Below, in pieces: positions 13,658 through 26,264 of a stretch of 64,000 bases of DNA. How positions within the stretch are numbered: the stretch's first letter is position 1; the number at the start of each line of letters is the position of its first letter. Origin of the DNA: Malacoraja senta (taxonomy: Eukaryota); the NCBI GenBank assembly GCA_038087875.1, contig JAXLNO010000438.1:372001-436000 (forward strand). Reading direction: 5' to 3'. The notes under the pieces are model-generated. The model did no database searches. It saw only the letters and a list, made by a program, of their open reading frames with translations, and was not told where the DNA came from. Made by a program: the position numbers and the translations under genes.

Positions 13658-14107
13658 CAAGATGCATTAAAACGGCAAAGAAGAAGTGTTTCCTTTGACT
13701 TTTTATGGACAAGGGTCAGGTAAGAAGGCAAAGGTCCTGCAGACTGGCGAGATCAGCGGCAGAAAAGCATCAAAATGCAATAGCGCCAGGCTCACTATAA
13801 CTTGCATTGATTGGCAGTGCAGTTAGCATAGTAAAATATCACAATGTGGAATTAAAACAAAGCAGAACTAACAAGATATATGGTCCAATAGTTCTTAAAT
13901 GAAAGATAATCTTGCATTTGTTTAAAAAGGCAGAATTAACAATGTAATCATATAGAAAAGCTGATCCACTTGTTAGGCGCCATGAGAATGGGATCGATGT
14001 TCAGGGCAAATAAAATGTTCTCTGCCATTGACCTTGCTGGACTGCCTGAAATTTGTCTTCTTACCTGCCTGGTCCACAAAACTATTCAGTCATGAAACAG
14101 TCATGAC

Positions 14108-14765
14108 ACCGGGTGGCGCCAACAGTCTGTCTGCCCTTTCTTCTTTTTGTTATTTTTAGTATGTGTTAAAAAGTATGTTTTAGTGTTCCTTGGTTTGTTT
14201 TATGTGGGGAGTGGGGGGGGGGGGTTGGGGGAAACTTTTTTTATCAATCTCTTACCTCAACGGAGATGTGATTTTTTTCTGTATCGTATCTCCATCCCCA
14301 CTGCGGCCTAACATCGTGGAGTTGGTGGCCTTTCCTGGAGACCGGCGGGCGCTCCAAGCCGCGGAGGTCTGCGGGACTTTAACATCACGGAGCTAGCGTT
14401 CCCTTTGCCGGGGATCTAAGTTCCAACCGCGGGGCCTGTGGACTATAACATCGTGAAGCCCGTGATCTCTGGTAAGAAGAGGCTGACTCGGGAACTCCGC
14501 GGAGAGAGTTTCAACTGCCCCGATGCGGGAGTTTCGATCACCCCGATGGGAGCTTAGATCGTTGGAAGAACAAGAGGAAGAAGATTGAACTTTATTGCCT
14601 TCCATCGCAGTGAGGAATGCGGAATCCACTGTGATGGATGTTTATGTTAACTTTTATGTGGTTGTGTGTCTTGTTGCTTTTCACTTAGTATAGCTGTATG
14701 GTAACTCAAATTTCACTGTACCTTAATTGGTACAGGTGACAATAAACTGACCTTGAAACCTTGAA
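14108..14765 (+). mobile_element. Non-coding Rex1-related element
   Basis: Shares blocks with the Rex1 3' UTR at 44023-44595 (gaagaagattgaacttt..gccttccatc.cagtgaggaatg); ends aataaa + (ccttgaaa)n. Confidence 0.7.
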
Positions 14766-15064
14766 CTCCAATTGCAAATGACACCAAAACATAGCACGTT
14801 TTCAAAAGGTGAAAGTATGCCTGCATGGCTGGGGTTTGTTGCAGAAACCAGCAGGATTCATTGGGGATTACGAATGTTGGGCTATGCAGTGTGATGTGAG
14901 GGCCTCAATGATATAAATGAATATTTACACAGATTGGTGCTGGATGGGGAAAATTTTGTCCCAGGAGTGATCAATGACAGACATGCCCACAAATTAGTTC
15001 TCTTCAGCTATTGCACACGTAACTAAGCACGGGTTAAACTTTCCTTTATGAGCAACCTGGGTAT

Positions 15065-15856
15065 TGGTCCCCTATCAGCTCAGGTGCAACCCATCCTTGT
15101 TGCACGTCATATCTGCTCCAGAAGAGATGCCAATGGTCCATAAATAAGAATCCCTACCCCTGCACCAACTCCTCAGCCACGCTTTCCACTGTACCTCGAT
15201 ATATGTGACAATAATAAACCTAAACCTAAGCATTCATCTGTCCTATTTTCCAATTCCTACTATCACTAGTGTATGTTCCTGAATGTAATCTGGTGATTAC
15301 TATTTCCGAGGTCCTGCTTTTTAAACTTTTGCCTAACTACTTATATTCTCTCTGCACAACCTCATCATTTTTCCTACCTTGGTCATATGTGTACAATGAG
15401 TTCTGGCTGCTCACCCTTTCCCTAGTAAATGTTCTGCCGACTCTCCAAGACATCCTGGAACTTATTACCAGGGAGAGAACACACCATCCAGGAGTTCAAT
15501 TTGCTGCCACAGAATCTCCTGACTGCCCCCTAACTAATGAGTCTCCAATCACTATAGCTTTGTCTGACTTCAGCCTATTTCCTTGTGGCTTAGAGTCGGG
15601 CCTGGGGCCACAGACTGCTGCTCCTGTTCTCATGTCCCCCACAATTTTATTCTCCTAATTTTGTGGTCATCCCGCACATCAGTATCCAAAATTGTTTACC
15701 TGTTTTCGAGATGAATATCCAAAGGGGATTCCTGCACTCTCTGCCAACTCCCTATCCTGGTGGTCACCCATCTATTTGCTGCCTGTACCTTAGGTGTGAC
15801 CAGCTCACTTGTAACTCCCATCTATGAAGCCCTTAGACTCCTGGACAATCCTGAGG
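15065..15856 (-). mobile_element. Degraded CR1 ORF1 (esterase) region
   Basis: Reverse complement of 15067-15140 resembles CR1 ORF1 at 31010-31080 (DHWDLFWG..DGLHL). Confidence 0.6.
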
Positions 15857-16312
15857 TCAAGTCACTTTTATTTATATAGCACATTTAAAAAACAACTCTC
15901 GTTGACCAAAGTGCTTTACATTGGTGGAGGTACTAATGTTATACAGCAGTGGTTCATAGATTAAGTGCATACATAAATACATACATATAGCCCTCCGTCA
16001 GAGGACGTCAAGAAAGGCTTGAGAGTAAAGATGAATTTTAAGTCTTGACTTAAGAATCGATGGAGGGTGAAGTTCTGATGGGAAGAGGGATGCTGTTCCA
16101 CAGTCTAGGAGCTGCAACCGCAAAGGCACGGTCGTCCCTGAGCTTATGCCTGGATGGTCAGTAACCCCAAGTCGGCCGATCTGAGGGACCTGGAGGTGGT
16201 GTGGTGGGTAAGCAGACTTTTGATGTAGGTGGGGGCAAGCCCGTTAAGGGCTTTGTAAACATAAAGAATAATCTTGAAATTTATTCGGAACCGCACAGGG
16301 AGACAGTGGAGC
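15857..16312 (-). mobile_element. L2-clade LINE 3' fragment
   Basis: LHCLPVRFRINFKIILYVYKALNGLAPTYI..RSLRS; tail tgtaaagcactttgg...gctatataaataaaagtgacttga. Confidence 0.88.
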
Positions 16313-17321
16313 CCTTGGTGGCAACTAGCTCTTGCCACAGAACTAGTTCCCTCATGTGGTCAGTCAGTAGCTGCAGCTGGGCACACTTCTTACAGGTGTA
16401 GTCCTCAAGGATACCTGATTTCCCTAATATCCCACATCCTGCAGGAGGAGCATACCACCCCCCTAACTGTCATCCTGACCGCACAAAGACTGCGGAAGTC
16501 ACATTATCTTGACATCACCAATTGCTCAGCCTCCTCGCTGAAGCCTCATGAGCCAAGGCCTCAACACACCCTCAAACCCAGCATTTGCACCTGAACACAC
16601 AGCCTTTCTCAAAACAGCCATTTCCAACAGTCCACTCTGCTAGTGCCTGCCTTCCTTTTATATGCCACTAGAATCAATCATTCGCTGATGATTATACCTG
16701 TTTTTTAAATCCCGTGCACCACTCCTCCTCCCAGCTGCTCCTGAAAATAACCTGAAAATAACCTTGCCTCACAGTATCACTGATCGTGTCATTTAAACAC
16801 ATTCTCACCCAGGAGGCTTGATGGCAGTTCTGACATCTTCTTGGACCTCCTCTTGGACCTGGTCCTCACTACTTTTTAAGCCACTAATTTGCACACAAGT
16901 TCTCCTCTGAGATTTTTCCTCCCAGAGCCTTTGCCAAACTGAGTTCATTCCCTATATCACCATATAAAATGTCCCTGATAGATTCATTATTGCAGCCTGT
17001 TTTTTAAATCATAATTCTTTCCATCTCTGCTTCACTGTTTTCTCCTTGTCTCGTCTCTCTCCACTTGCATTCACGAGTATCACATTACCCTCTGTATTTC
17101 AGCAGTTTCCTGGTCCAGAATCTCACATTTTCCACCCTGGTCAATCAATTCCCAACCAGGATTACACACGGGGCCTCCATTCTTTCAGCAGGTTGAACAT
17201 GTTTATACATTGAACATCTTATTCTTTGACTCCATTCACTTCAAATAAAACACATTGCTTTGAGAAGTTGTCCATCTTTTCACAGGATATGTGAAGCATT
17301 CTTTGTTCCAAGTTTAGTTAT

Positions 17322-17612
17322 AGAAACATAGAAAATACAGTAGGTGCAGGAGTAGGCCATTCGGCCCTTCGAGCCTGCACCGCCATTCAATATGATCATG
17401 GCTGATCATCCGACTCAGTATCCCGTACCTGCCTTCTCTCCATACCCCCTGATCCCCTTTAGCCACAAGGGCAACATCTAACTCCCTCTTAAATATCCTT
17501 AAACTGTGACCCCTTGTTCTGGACTTCCCCAACATCGGGAACAATCGTCCTGCATCTAGCCTGTCCAACCCCTTAAGAATTTTGTACGTTTCTATAAGAT
17601 CCCCCCTCAATC
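17322..17612 (-). mobile_element. CR1 3' fragment with internal deletion
   Basis: YSLEFRRLRGDLIETYKILKGLD..SRTRGHSLR joined directly to FKRELD, plus tail. Confidence 0.88.
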
Positions 17613-18459
17613 TTCTAAATTCTAGCGAGTACAAGCCAAGTCTATCCAGTCTATGAGATGTTAGTTATGGACCTCTACTTATCTCTTTTTGAAAATTGGT
17701 TGTTATTTTGATACTGTTTCCCACTCTCAACTCAAATGTAACGTTTCATTAACATTGTTTTCAGTTTTTAGTTTATTGTCACATGTTCCGAGGTACAGTG
17801 AAAAGCTTCAATGCTCTTTTCATTCTCCAATGACCTCGTTCTGACACCTCACCTCCTGTAGACTATTTTCCAATTTGAGCGAATGTGCAGTCTGTGAATT
17901 CCCAATTCAAACCAATGTTGCCACATTTACCTTAAATATATTTATTTCCAAAGAGTTTTCTTTAAGGACTCCTGGTTTCTCAGTTTTGGATGTAGCTATT
18001 CGAATCACCACCTTCCATACTAGTACTTCTGATACATTCCCCTTCCCTGCATTCAATGGATCATCTTGCCATATCACCCCAACACCATTATTTTGCATGC
18101 TATCCAATCAAATCAATAATATGAAATATAATGCTATCGAGCCAAACTTAAGTACATTAGGTAGAACAAATCGAAAGATGCAGAATGAAGAATATAGTTT
18201 TCAGCTTTGTAGCACATCAGTCCCAAAGGCAAAGTCTAATGTCTGCAATGGCATAGAGGTGAATCAGACAGTAGCCTAGCTTATAGAAGGACTGTTCAGA
18301 AACCTGATAACAGAGGGGAAGAAACTGGTCCTGAGTCTGGTGGTGCGGGTTTCAAGCTTCTGTATCTTTTGGAAATAAGGCAATATGAAAAGTCTTAATC
18401 ATTTGTAAGTTGATCTTTTGATTTCTGCAAAAAATCTGCAAGGCATCTGCTTGGCATCA

Positions 18460-19700
18460 GTAGACAGGGCGATGTTCAAGGACTCGGCAATGAACCTGAA
18501 CAAATACACCACAGTTATTACCCAGGGATTCTAGTCTGGTTGCACATAGTCTAACCAGTCCACATTAGACCTTGATAAGAACATCAAGAAAGCAATGAGA
18601 CTCTTTCAGTCTGAACTGGAGGATTATCCAGACATTCGACAGGCATTGCTGGGCTTGGAAGGCCATTCCTTCCTATCAGGCAAAACCAAACGGTAGGTCA
18701 AGTGACAACAATGCATCACTCTCTTATGAGCTCAATATCTTCTAAGTTCTCTTCAGAAGGGATAACATCAATGTACCTTCTTGGGCTCTTCAGCACCCAG
18801 TCACACTGTAATCTCAGTCATCAAGGCTGATGTCAGAAGATCCTTGACGAGGATGAATCCTCGGAAAGTGTCCGGTCCTGATGTGGGAATCTGGCTGCAT
18901 TATAGAAAAACAGTGCAGACAAGCTGTCTGGAGCTTTTGTGGACATCTTCAACCACTCATTACTATGGTGAAAGTTCCCCATCTGTTTTAAAAGGACATC
19001 TATAATACCTGTGCACGAAAGCAAGATGATATGTTTCAATGACTACCGACTGGTGACACTAATATTCATGGCGATGAAGTTATCTTTGAAAAGGTGATAA
19101 TGATGCATATCAATTCCTATGTTAGCAAGGACCAGGACTCACTACAATTCACTGACTGCCACGACAGATTAACAAAGGATGTGATTTTGTTGGCTCTCTA
19201 CTTGGATCACTTAGACAATAACAACATGTACTGTATGTCAGGCTGTTATTCATCTAAACCTATCATCAAACTGAGAGAATTGGCATCTCTGCTCATCCAA
19301 GTGTTATTGGGTAATTGTCAGATCTCAATTAATATGAATTGTCAATAATACTTCCTCCTTGATAAGCATGGACACTGGAGTACCTCAAGGCCATGAGCTC
19401 AATCACTTGCTTCACTCTCTCTATGACTTTATAGTTGGACACAGTTCCAATACCATCCTTAATTTCACAGGCGATACCACTGTTCTTGGCTGAATAACGG
19501 GTGATGATGAGTCAGAGTACATGGAGGAGATTCATAATCTGATTGAATGGTCCCAGAACAACAGTCTTGCTCTGAACGTTATGGTCTGATAACTATTACT
19601 GTTTATTAATTTAATGCATTATTGATTATTACTTATTTAGAGTGTGTTAATGGACCTGTAGAGCTGCAGCTGGTAAACATCTAATTGTTCTGTTGTCGGT
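18460..19700 (+). mobile_element. Heavily degraded Rex1/Babar LINE
   Basis: Remnants MNPRKVSGPD, DIFNHS, DSLQF and gagtacctcaagg are colinear with the Rex1 at 44023-47467. Confidence 0.7.
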
Positions 19701-19744
19701 ACATATTTAATTTAGTTTATTATTGTTACCCATACCGAAGTACA

Positions 19745-19870
19745 GGCCCTCACACATGTCCCCTTGGTACCCCGCAGCTCTGCCCTTGCTCCCCCTAGTT
19801 GCAACAGAGACAGAGTCCTTACCTTTCACCCCATCAGCCGTCGTATGCAACACATAATCCTCGGACAAAT
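19745..19870 (+). mobile_element. Penelope ORF fragment
   Basis: Resembles 5845-5970 (cagagtcc..acctttcacccca.cagccgtc). Confidence 0.7.
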
Positions 19871-20391
19871 TTTTTCCTCCACTCATTTCTAACCTCTGGT
19901 TGATTCTCAAAAAAAAATTATTGGCTACTCACTGAACCCTGGTTTGCATTTTCATATTCACTTACAAGACATGGGCATTGCTGGCAAGGCTAGAATGTAT
20001 TGCCTAAAGCCATGTACAGCAGAAAGTTTTCTAATTTAAAACTATTTCTAAATCTGAACAGGGTGAAACACAATCGCTGTGAATTTGACCAACTTTCCCA
20101 AGTTTCCATTTCCTGAAACTAAACTCACACCCAATAAAATGCAGGTGTGCTTGACAGACAGGGATTTGATCGAAGTAGTGACATGTGATACAGAATCCTT
20201 CTTTGAGAAAATGGAAAATAAAGTGAATCCACTGCTGGATAGAGACATACTCCTGCTGCTGCTACTCCCAATTGACCAGTGCTGGAGTTTTAGTGCCTTT
20301 AAAAAAAAAAAAAAGGAAATTAAAAAAAGTCCCTATTCTATGATGTTAAAATTACGAGACAGTGAAATCTATAATATATATATACAAGACA

Positions 20392-20405
20392 CTGCCACCT
20401 AGTGG
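20392..20405 (-). promoter_or_regulatory. CTCF-binding motif candidate
   Basis: CCACTAGGTGGCAG on -, close match to the CTCF core, in non-repeat sequence. Confidence 0.6.
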
Positions 20406-20639
20406 ATGTACTTTTATTCCTTTACTACACTGGTACCCAACTTAGCATTACCCCACAGAGAACCAATTCATTATGTTAGGATCATAGAAACACAGAAAAT
20501 AGATGCAGGAGTAGGCCAATTGGCCATTCAAGCCATTCAATATGATCATGGCTAATCATCCAAAATCAGCACCGCGTTCCCGCTTTTTCCCCATATTCCT
20601 TGATTCCATTATTCCACTGTTGTTCTTGGCCACTCCACA

Positions 20640-21125
20640 CTTTGAACACTGTCAAAAACACTTCCTCTTCCCTTCTCTGTACTTTAAAAATGGCAATCAT
20701 TCAAGTGGTAGGTTGCTGGCATCAGAAACCTGGTGTGAACCTCTGCCATCTGATAGTAGTGCCACCGCAGAGACTGGTCCATGGCTTGGTGTGGAGAGAA
20801 TCTCAGTGAAGAGTGGGTAGAGCTGTGCGAGTGCTCAGATACAGGGCTCAGGAATGCACCCTGGCTGGCAGTGTGGGTGCGGCCAATGGTGTGGGTGATC
20901 AGCACTTGCCCCACTTGTCAACAGACCGCTCAGATCTGAGACACACATCAACTGCTGCTGGAAGATCATCAACTCGGTGAAAGACATGCTATTGACTGCC
21001 CAAAAATTAGATTGGTCATCCAGCGCAAAAAGATGTCTGTACCTGAATGCTCCCAAGTGTCTTATTCCAGGCTGCAGTGGTACATGCAAAAGGGCACACT
21101 GAGGCTTAATACAGCCAACACAAAG
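20640..21125 (+). mobile_element. Degraded Tx1/L1-like LINE C-terminal fragment
   Basis: ETHINCCWKIINSVKD peptide (~20938-20985) resembles the C-terminus of Tx1-type ORF2; recognition from memory. Confidence 0.5.
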
Positions 21126-21131
21126 GCTTTA

Positions 21132-21553
21132 GACAATAGACAATTGGTGCAGGAGTAGGCCATTCGGCCCTTCAAGCTAGCACCGCCATTCAATGTGATC
21201 ATGGCTGATCATCCCCAATCAGTACCCCGTTCCTGCCTTCTCCCCATATCCCCTGACTCCGCTATTTTTAAGAGCCCTATCCAGCTCTCTCTTGAAAGCA
21301 TCCAGAGAACCTGTCTCCACCGTCCTCTGAGGCAGAGAATTCCACAGACTCACCACTCTCTGTGAGAAAAAGTGTTTCCTCGTCTCCGTTCTAAATGGCT
21401 TACTCCTTATTCTTAAACTGTGGCCCCTGGTTCTGGTCTCCCCCAACATCGGGAACATGTTTCCTGCCTCTAGGGTGTCCAAGCCCTTAACAATCTTATA
21501 TGTTTCAATGAGATCCCCTCTCATCTTTCTAAACCCCAGAGTGTACAAGCCCG
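21132..21553 (-). mobile_element. Young CR1 3' fragment
   Basis: Near-identical in antisense to 40425-40845. Confidence 0.92.
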
Positions 21554-21616
21554 GCTTTGTGCGAAGGACTGCGAGCCTACATCCTACTGCTACTGGACAC
21601 CAAGGGGCTGGGCCCT

Positions 21617-21815
21617 GTGTTTTAGTTTTAGAGATACAGTGTGGAAACAGGCCCTTCGGCCCACCAAGCCCACACCGACAAGCGAACACCCATGCACGGG
21701 TTCTATAAAACACACTAGGGACAACTTACAGAAGCCAATTAACCTACAACCTGCATGTCTTTGGGATGTGGGAGGAAACCAGAGCACCCGGAGGAAACCC
21801 ATTGAGTCACAGGGA
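21617..21815 (-). mobile_element. HE1/V-SINE-like element (3' part)
   Basis: Antisense of the 22230 SINE body; (ctaaa)n tail. Confidence 0.8.
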
Positions 21816-22229
21816 GAAGTGCTGCCACTGTGTACCAGCCTCTCAAACACTTGATGGGTATATTGTTCAAAGAGGCCCCACAAGTGGCATTGATGCTTTG
21901 TAAATAGAATTTGGTTTGAGGGCACAATGAATTTATTGATTTGATGACAGCATGAATGTAAAAATATGTTCTGTCTGAATTGTGCTTCTGTATATATTTA
22001 TGTTTAGTTTTGAAGTAATAATAAAATATCACAGGTCTACCTCATCATCATCAGGTGATGGAAGCTACCCCTCTCTTTGTTTGATTGCTGAGCTCCAGAG
22101 ACCAGCGATTCCTTTATTTTAACCAGTACCCACATAACAGCAAGGGCCGGAGTTCATGCTAGCTTCAAGGCACTTCGGCACCATTAGTAAATGCAATATA
22201 ATGTAGTCCTGAGGATGTGCTACAAGCAC

Positions 22230-22539
22230 TAGGGCAGCTAAATGGAGCAACGGTAGAGTTGCGGCCTTACAGTGCCAGAGACCCGGGTTAGATCCTGACT
22301 ACAGGTGCTGTCTGTGCAGAGTTTGTACGCTCTCCATGTGGCCGCATGGGCTTTCTCCAGATGCACTGGTTTCTTCCCACATCGCAAAGTCATGTAAGTT
22401 TGTAGATTAATTGGCTTCTGTAAATTATCCCGAGTGTGTAGGATAGAACCTAGTGTATGGTTGATTGTTGGTCGGTGCTGACTTGGTGGACTGAAGGGCT
22501 TGTTTCCATGCTGTATCTCTAAGCAAAACCAAACTAAAC
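22230..22539 (+). mobile_element. tRNA-derived HE1/V-SINE-like element
   Basis: tRNA-like head with box B-like ggttagatcc, central tctgtgcagagtttgtacg...ttcttcccaca domain, CR1-like tail and (ctaaa)n. Confidence 0.85.
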
Positions 22540-23615
22540 AAGCTACCTGTATAATAAGATTTATTGTGTTTAACTGGAAGGTGATAATTATTTATACCAT
22601 ATCAAGTGATGAACCCACAGCAGTTATATATTCTCTGCATTACTATATTCCCCAGTCCTTCTGCATCATCACCAGTGCTGCAATAAGAAAACAATCTGTT
22701 CCCAAGCCTATGCCAATCATATGTTAAATTTGATCGTTATATGAAGTGAGAGGAGGCCAATTTTCAGATTATTCTCCTCTTGGTCAACAAAAATATTAAT
22801 CATATTGCTTGCAAACAATTGCGTGGAATAAAATGCATTTTATTAGGTTTATTAGAAGCTTATAAAACTCTGAAATGTAATATTTTAAAATCTTTTAAAA
22901 CCTTAAACTGAAGCTAAAAAGGCTTAATTGTGCATTCGAAGAGTATTAAAAACTCATTTTTCTCGATCAGTAGGCCTGCCAGACTTTAATTCTTGGGCAT
23001 TAATGGCATATTCAGATGCTGACTTTGTCACAAAGCCAACAGGCCGGATCATGTTAACCTGGTGATTGTCACTTACAGAAAACCAGACAATTCTCTAATA
23101 GAATAGTAAGATTAAACGAGAACTTACCTAAGTTTGAAGTTTGATCTTTATTTTATGAGGAATTACGTAGGTGATTACGTGAAGAACCCCGCCAGTGCGC
23201 CTGCGCGTCAATCTTCAAAGCAGTGGTGTGAAATCACAAAAAACAACAACCGAAGTAATATAGTCTCATAATAAAACGAGTAATACAAGAACTTCCATCT
23301 GACCTTTATGATAGAGGGTAGGGTCGTGGTGGGCACGTAATCACCTACGTAACTCCTCATAAAATAAAGATCAAACTTCAAACTTAGGTAAGTTCTCGTT
23401 TAATCTTACTATTTTACTTCGGAGTCACGTGAGTGACTACGTGAAGATTTTAAAGCTTTGTGATTTCATGCCGTAGAGCAATCCAGGCTTCTCACTGCAT
23501 TGATTGACTCGGAACGAGAATAATCAATCATGCATTCATAATAACATTTGTATCACAAATGCAGTAATTCATTTCAATAATGAAATTAATCAGATCCCCT
23601 TTAAACCAGAGGAAT

Positions 23616-24620
23616 CTACACAGAACTTAAAATAGTTTCTGCAAACAATCCCGCATTAACAATAGGCCGATGGTAAAAATGTTGAAACATCAACTCATTG
23701 GATCACCCGGCGGCTGTGAGGATATGGTCGACGGGGACGTCTTTTGCCCTGGCCGCCGACGTTTCTGCTGCCCTAGTCGAGTGAGACGTAAAAACATAAG
23801 TGTTAATACCAGCAGCTGTTAAGACTTCTTTTATCCATCTGGAAATAGTCTGTATTGAAACTCTCTTGTGTGGTTTCTTGTGTGTGATCAACAACCCAGT
23901 TTCCATATTTCTCAAATTCTTTGTGACCTCAATGTATTGTAACAAATATGTCTTAACACAGAGACAAGGATCATTTGGATATGCTGCTAGCATAATTTTA
24001 AATCCTGTCACACCTGGCCTAATTTGTTTTAGTAGGTCATAGATATAGAATGTAACCTTGTCTTCAGTTACTTCCATACTGTCTATTTGTAATTTTCCAA
24101 GTGTTTGCACTCGTTGTGCTGTCACTCATGCCATAAGCATGAATACTTTCATACTGAGCTTGGCCAAAGGTAAAGACACATTTGGTGACCATTCACGAAG
24201 TAGTTTCAGTACCACACTTACATCCCAGATTGTCATGTACCTAGGTTTCGGTGGTTTGGAATTAAAGATTCCTTTCATTAGTCTGGAAACAATTGGGTGT
24301 GACCCAATTGGAGTTCTTTCTGAATCCAGAACCAAATATGAGGACAATTGAATTGAATGCTGTTTATTGTCATTGAATGAATCTTCTTGCTGAATTAATT
24401 GCACTACAACTCAGACCTTCATCATAATAAAGTTTTGACAGAATTTCTAAACATTTGAAATATCTACAGTACTATATTGCATATTCTTTTGTACACAGAA
24501 CTCTTCCCATTTCTTAATATAAGAAAGGTACTGTTTTTGAGTGCTCTTCCTCCAGGCTGCCGTAAGCATGTCCACAGTACGCTCAGACAGTCCTCGCCCC
24601 AGAAAAGGCCTTCTTAAAAC
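23616..24620 (-). pseudogene. DIRS tyrosine recombinase (in-frame stops)
   Basis: HPIVSRLMKGIF..PPKPRY..WD, TAQR, LCV, TISRWIK, HSTRAA, G*S...FQHFY (catalytic Tyr), stop at 23616-23618. Confidence 0.9.
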
Positions 24621-26264
24621 CTGCAAATCAACAAATCCAAACGATCATATAATGGATGTTGTTCCCCTGTTACAGGGTGCAGCAATAAATTACTCCTTTT
24701 TGGGACTTTCATCAACATTTGTGTTGTTAATTCTAATATCAACGGATACCATGGCTGTGTAGGCCAATCTGGTACTACCAATACCCCTGAAGCAGCATCT
24801 TGCCTGATTTTAAGCAAACATTGGCTTATGAGGCAGAAAGGTGGAAATATATATGAAAACATACCACCCCAATGTGGCGAGAAAGCATCAATTGCCACTG
24901 CTCCTGGATCTGGTTCCCATGAGACATATCTCGATAGCTGATGATTCAAGTCGATGTCGGGCATTCCAAATCTGATTACTATATCATTGAATACCTCTCG
25001 ATTCAACATCCATTCTTTATTATCATGGAACTTTCGTGACCTGGTGTCTGCTATCGTGTTCATTCTACCTGGTAGATAGATAGCTGAAATCCAAACGTTC
25101 TTTTCAATACACCAAGACCAAAGTTGATTAGCCATTTTGTCACATGACACCGACTTAATTCCACCCATATAATTAATATAGGCAACTGCTGTTGTGTTTA
25201 TCAATTTGAACTTGAAACATGCCTTTTAGTTGTGTTAGAACAATAAGCTTGGAGTCCATAGAAACATCCTAAAAGCTCCAAATAGTTAGTTCCCCATGTC
25301 TGCAGTAACAACGACTCTTCCTGATTCCTTCTGCCTCCGCAGCTAGATGTTAAGTCAGTTGCACCCCATCCTAGTGCACTGGCATCAGTTTGTAATATCA
25401 TGGAAGGTTGTTCAATCAGCACTTTGCCGGAACTGCTTGAGACATGTAGAATCCACCACTGCAGATCAGAAACAGCATTTGTTGTTAGTTGCATGGTTCT
25501 ATCAAAATGACCAGCATTCATTCTCAGTGCCTGTTATTTAACTCTCTGCAGCTGTTGATAATGTTATGGACTGCTGGGAATCTAATTTTCCCAGTACTCG
25601 AGCCACCTGTCTGATTAAGGGTTTTTGCTCGTTTAACAGATTACTGCAATCTTTAATCAACTCCACCCTTTTTTCACTGGGCAAAGTAATTTTCATTTGG
25701 GCTGAATCAATTGTGAACCCCAAATAATCAATCGAGGTACATGTTGTTAACCTTGATTTCTTTGGATGAATTTAGAAAACCACAAACTTTCAAAAGTTGG
25801 TTTCACAACTGCAACAGATGCTTCTGTTGACTGTTTTGTCCTTCCTATAATCAGGACATCATCCAAGTATGCCATTAGTACATGCCCCTGGCTTCTCAGC
25901 AACCCCAGAATTGATTTAAACAATTTTGTGAATATTCTGGGAGCGGACGTTAACCCATTAGGCAGAGCTTTGAACTGCCCTAACTGGTTCATCCATGTAA
26001 ATTTAAGATACTTCATATCTTCCAAGTGAACAGACACTGAATAATATACATCTTTTAAATCTATAGTTGACATAAAACATGCTTCTGAGATAACTTGTTT
26101 GGCAGTACAAATGTCTCCATTTTAAAATGTCTAACTTGAACAAAAGGATTCAGACTTGTCAAGTCTATAATAATCCTACATCCTCCATCCTTTTTTGATC
26201 GAGGGAATATATTTGACACAAATTAGTGAATTTGGTAGACGGATTCTTCAATAACACCTTTTAT
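24614..26264 (-). pseudogene. DIRS pol: reverse transcriptase, RNase H and N6-adenine methyltransferase-like domain (multiple frameshifts)
   Basis: IDLKDVY, FKALPNGLTSAPRIFTK, YLDD; LQTDASALGWG, NYLELL, NTTAVAYIN..GG, N.IAD..SR; DAF...FPPF...VPDWPTQPWYP. Confidence 0.9.

Noticed and set aside
22230..22310. tRNA gene
   Set aside because: tRNA-like head of a SINE; no complete cloverleaf, and it continues into the SINE body.
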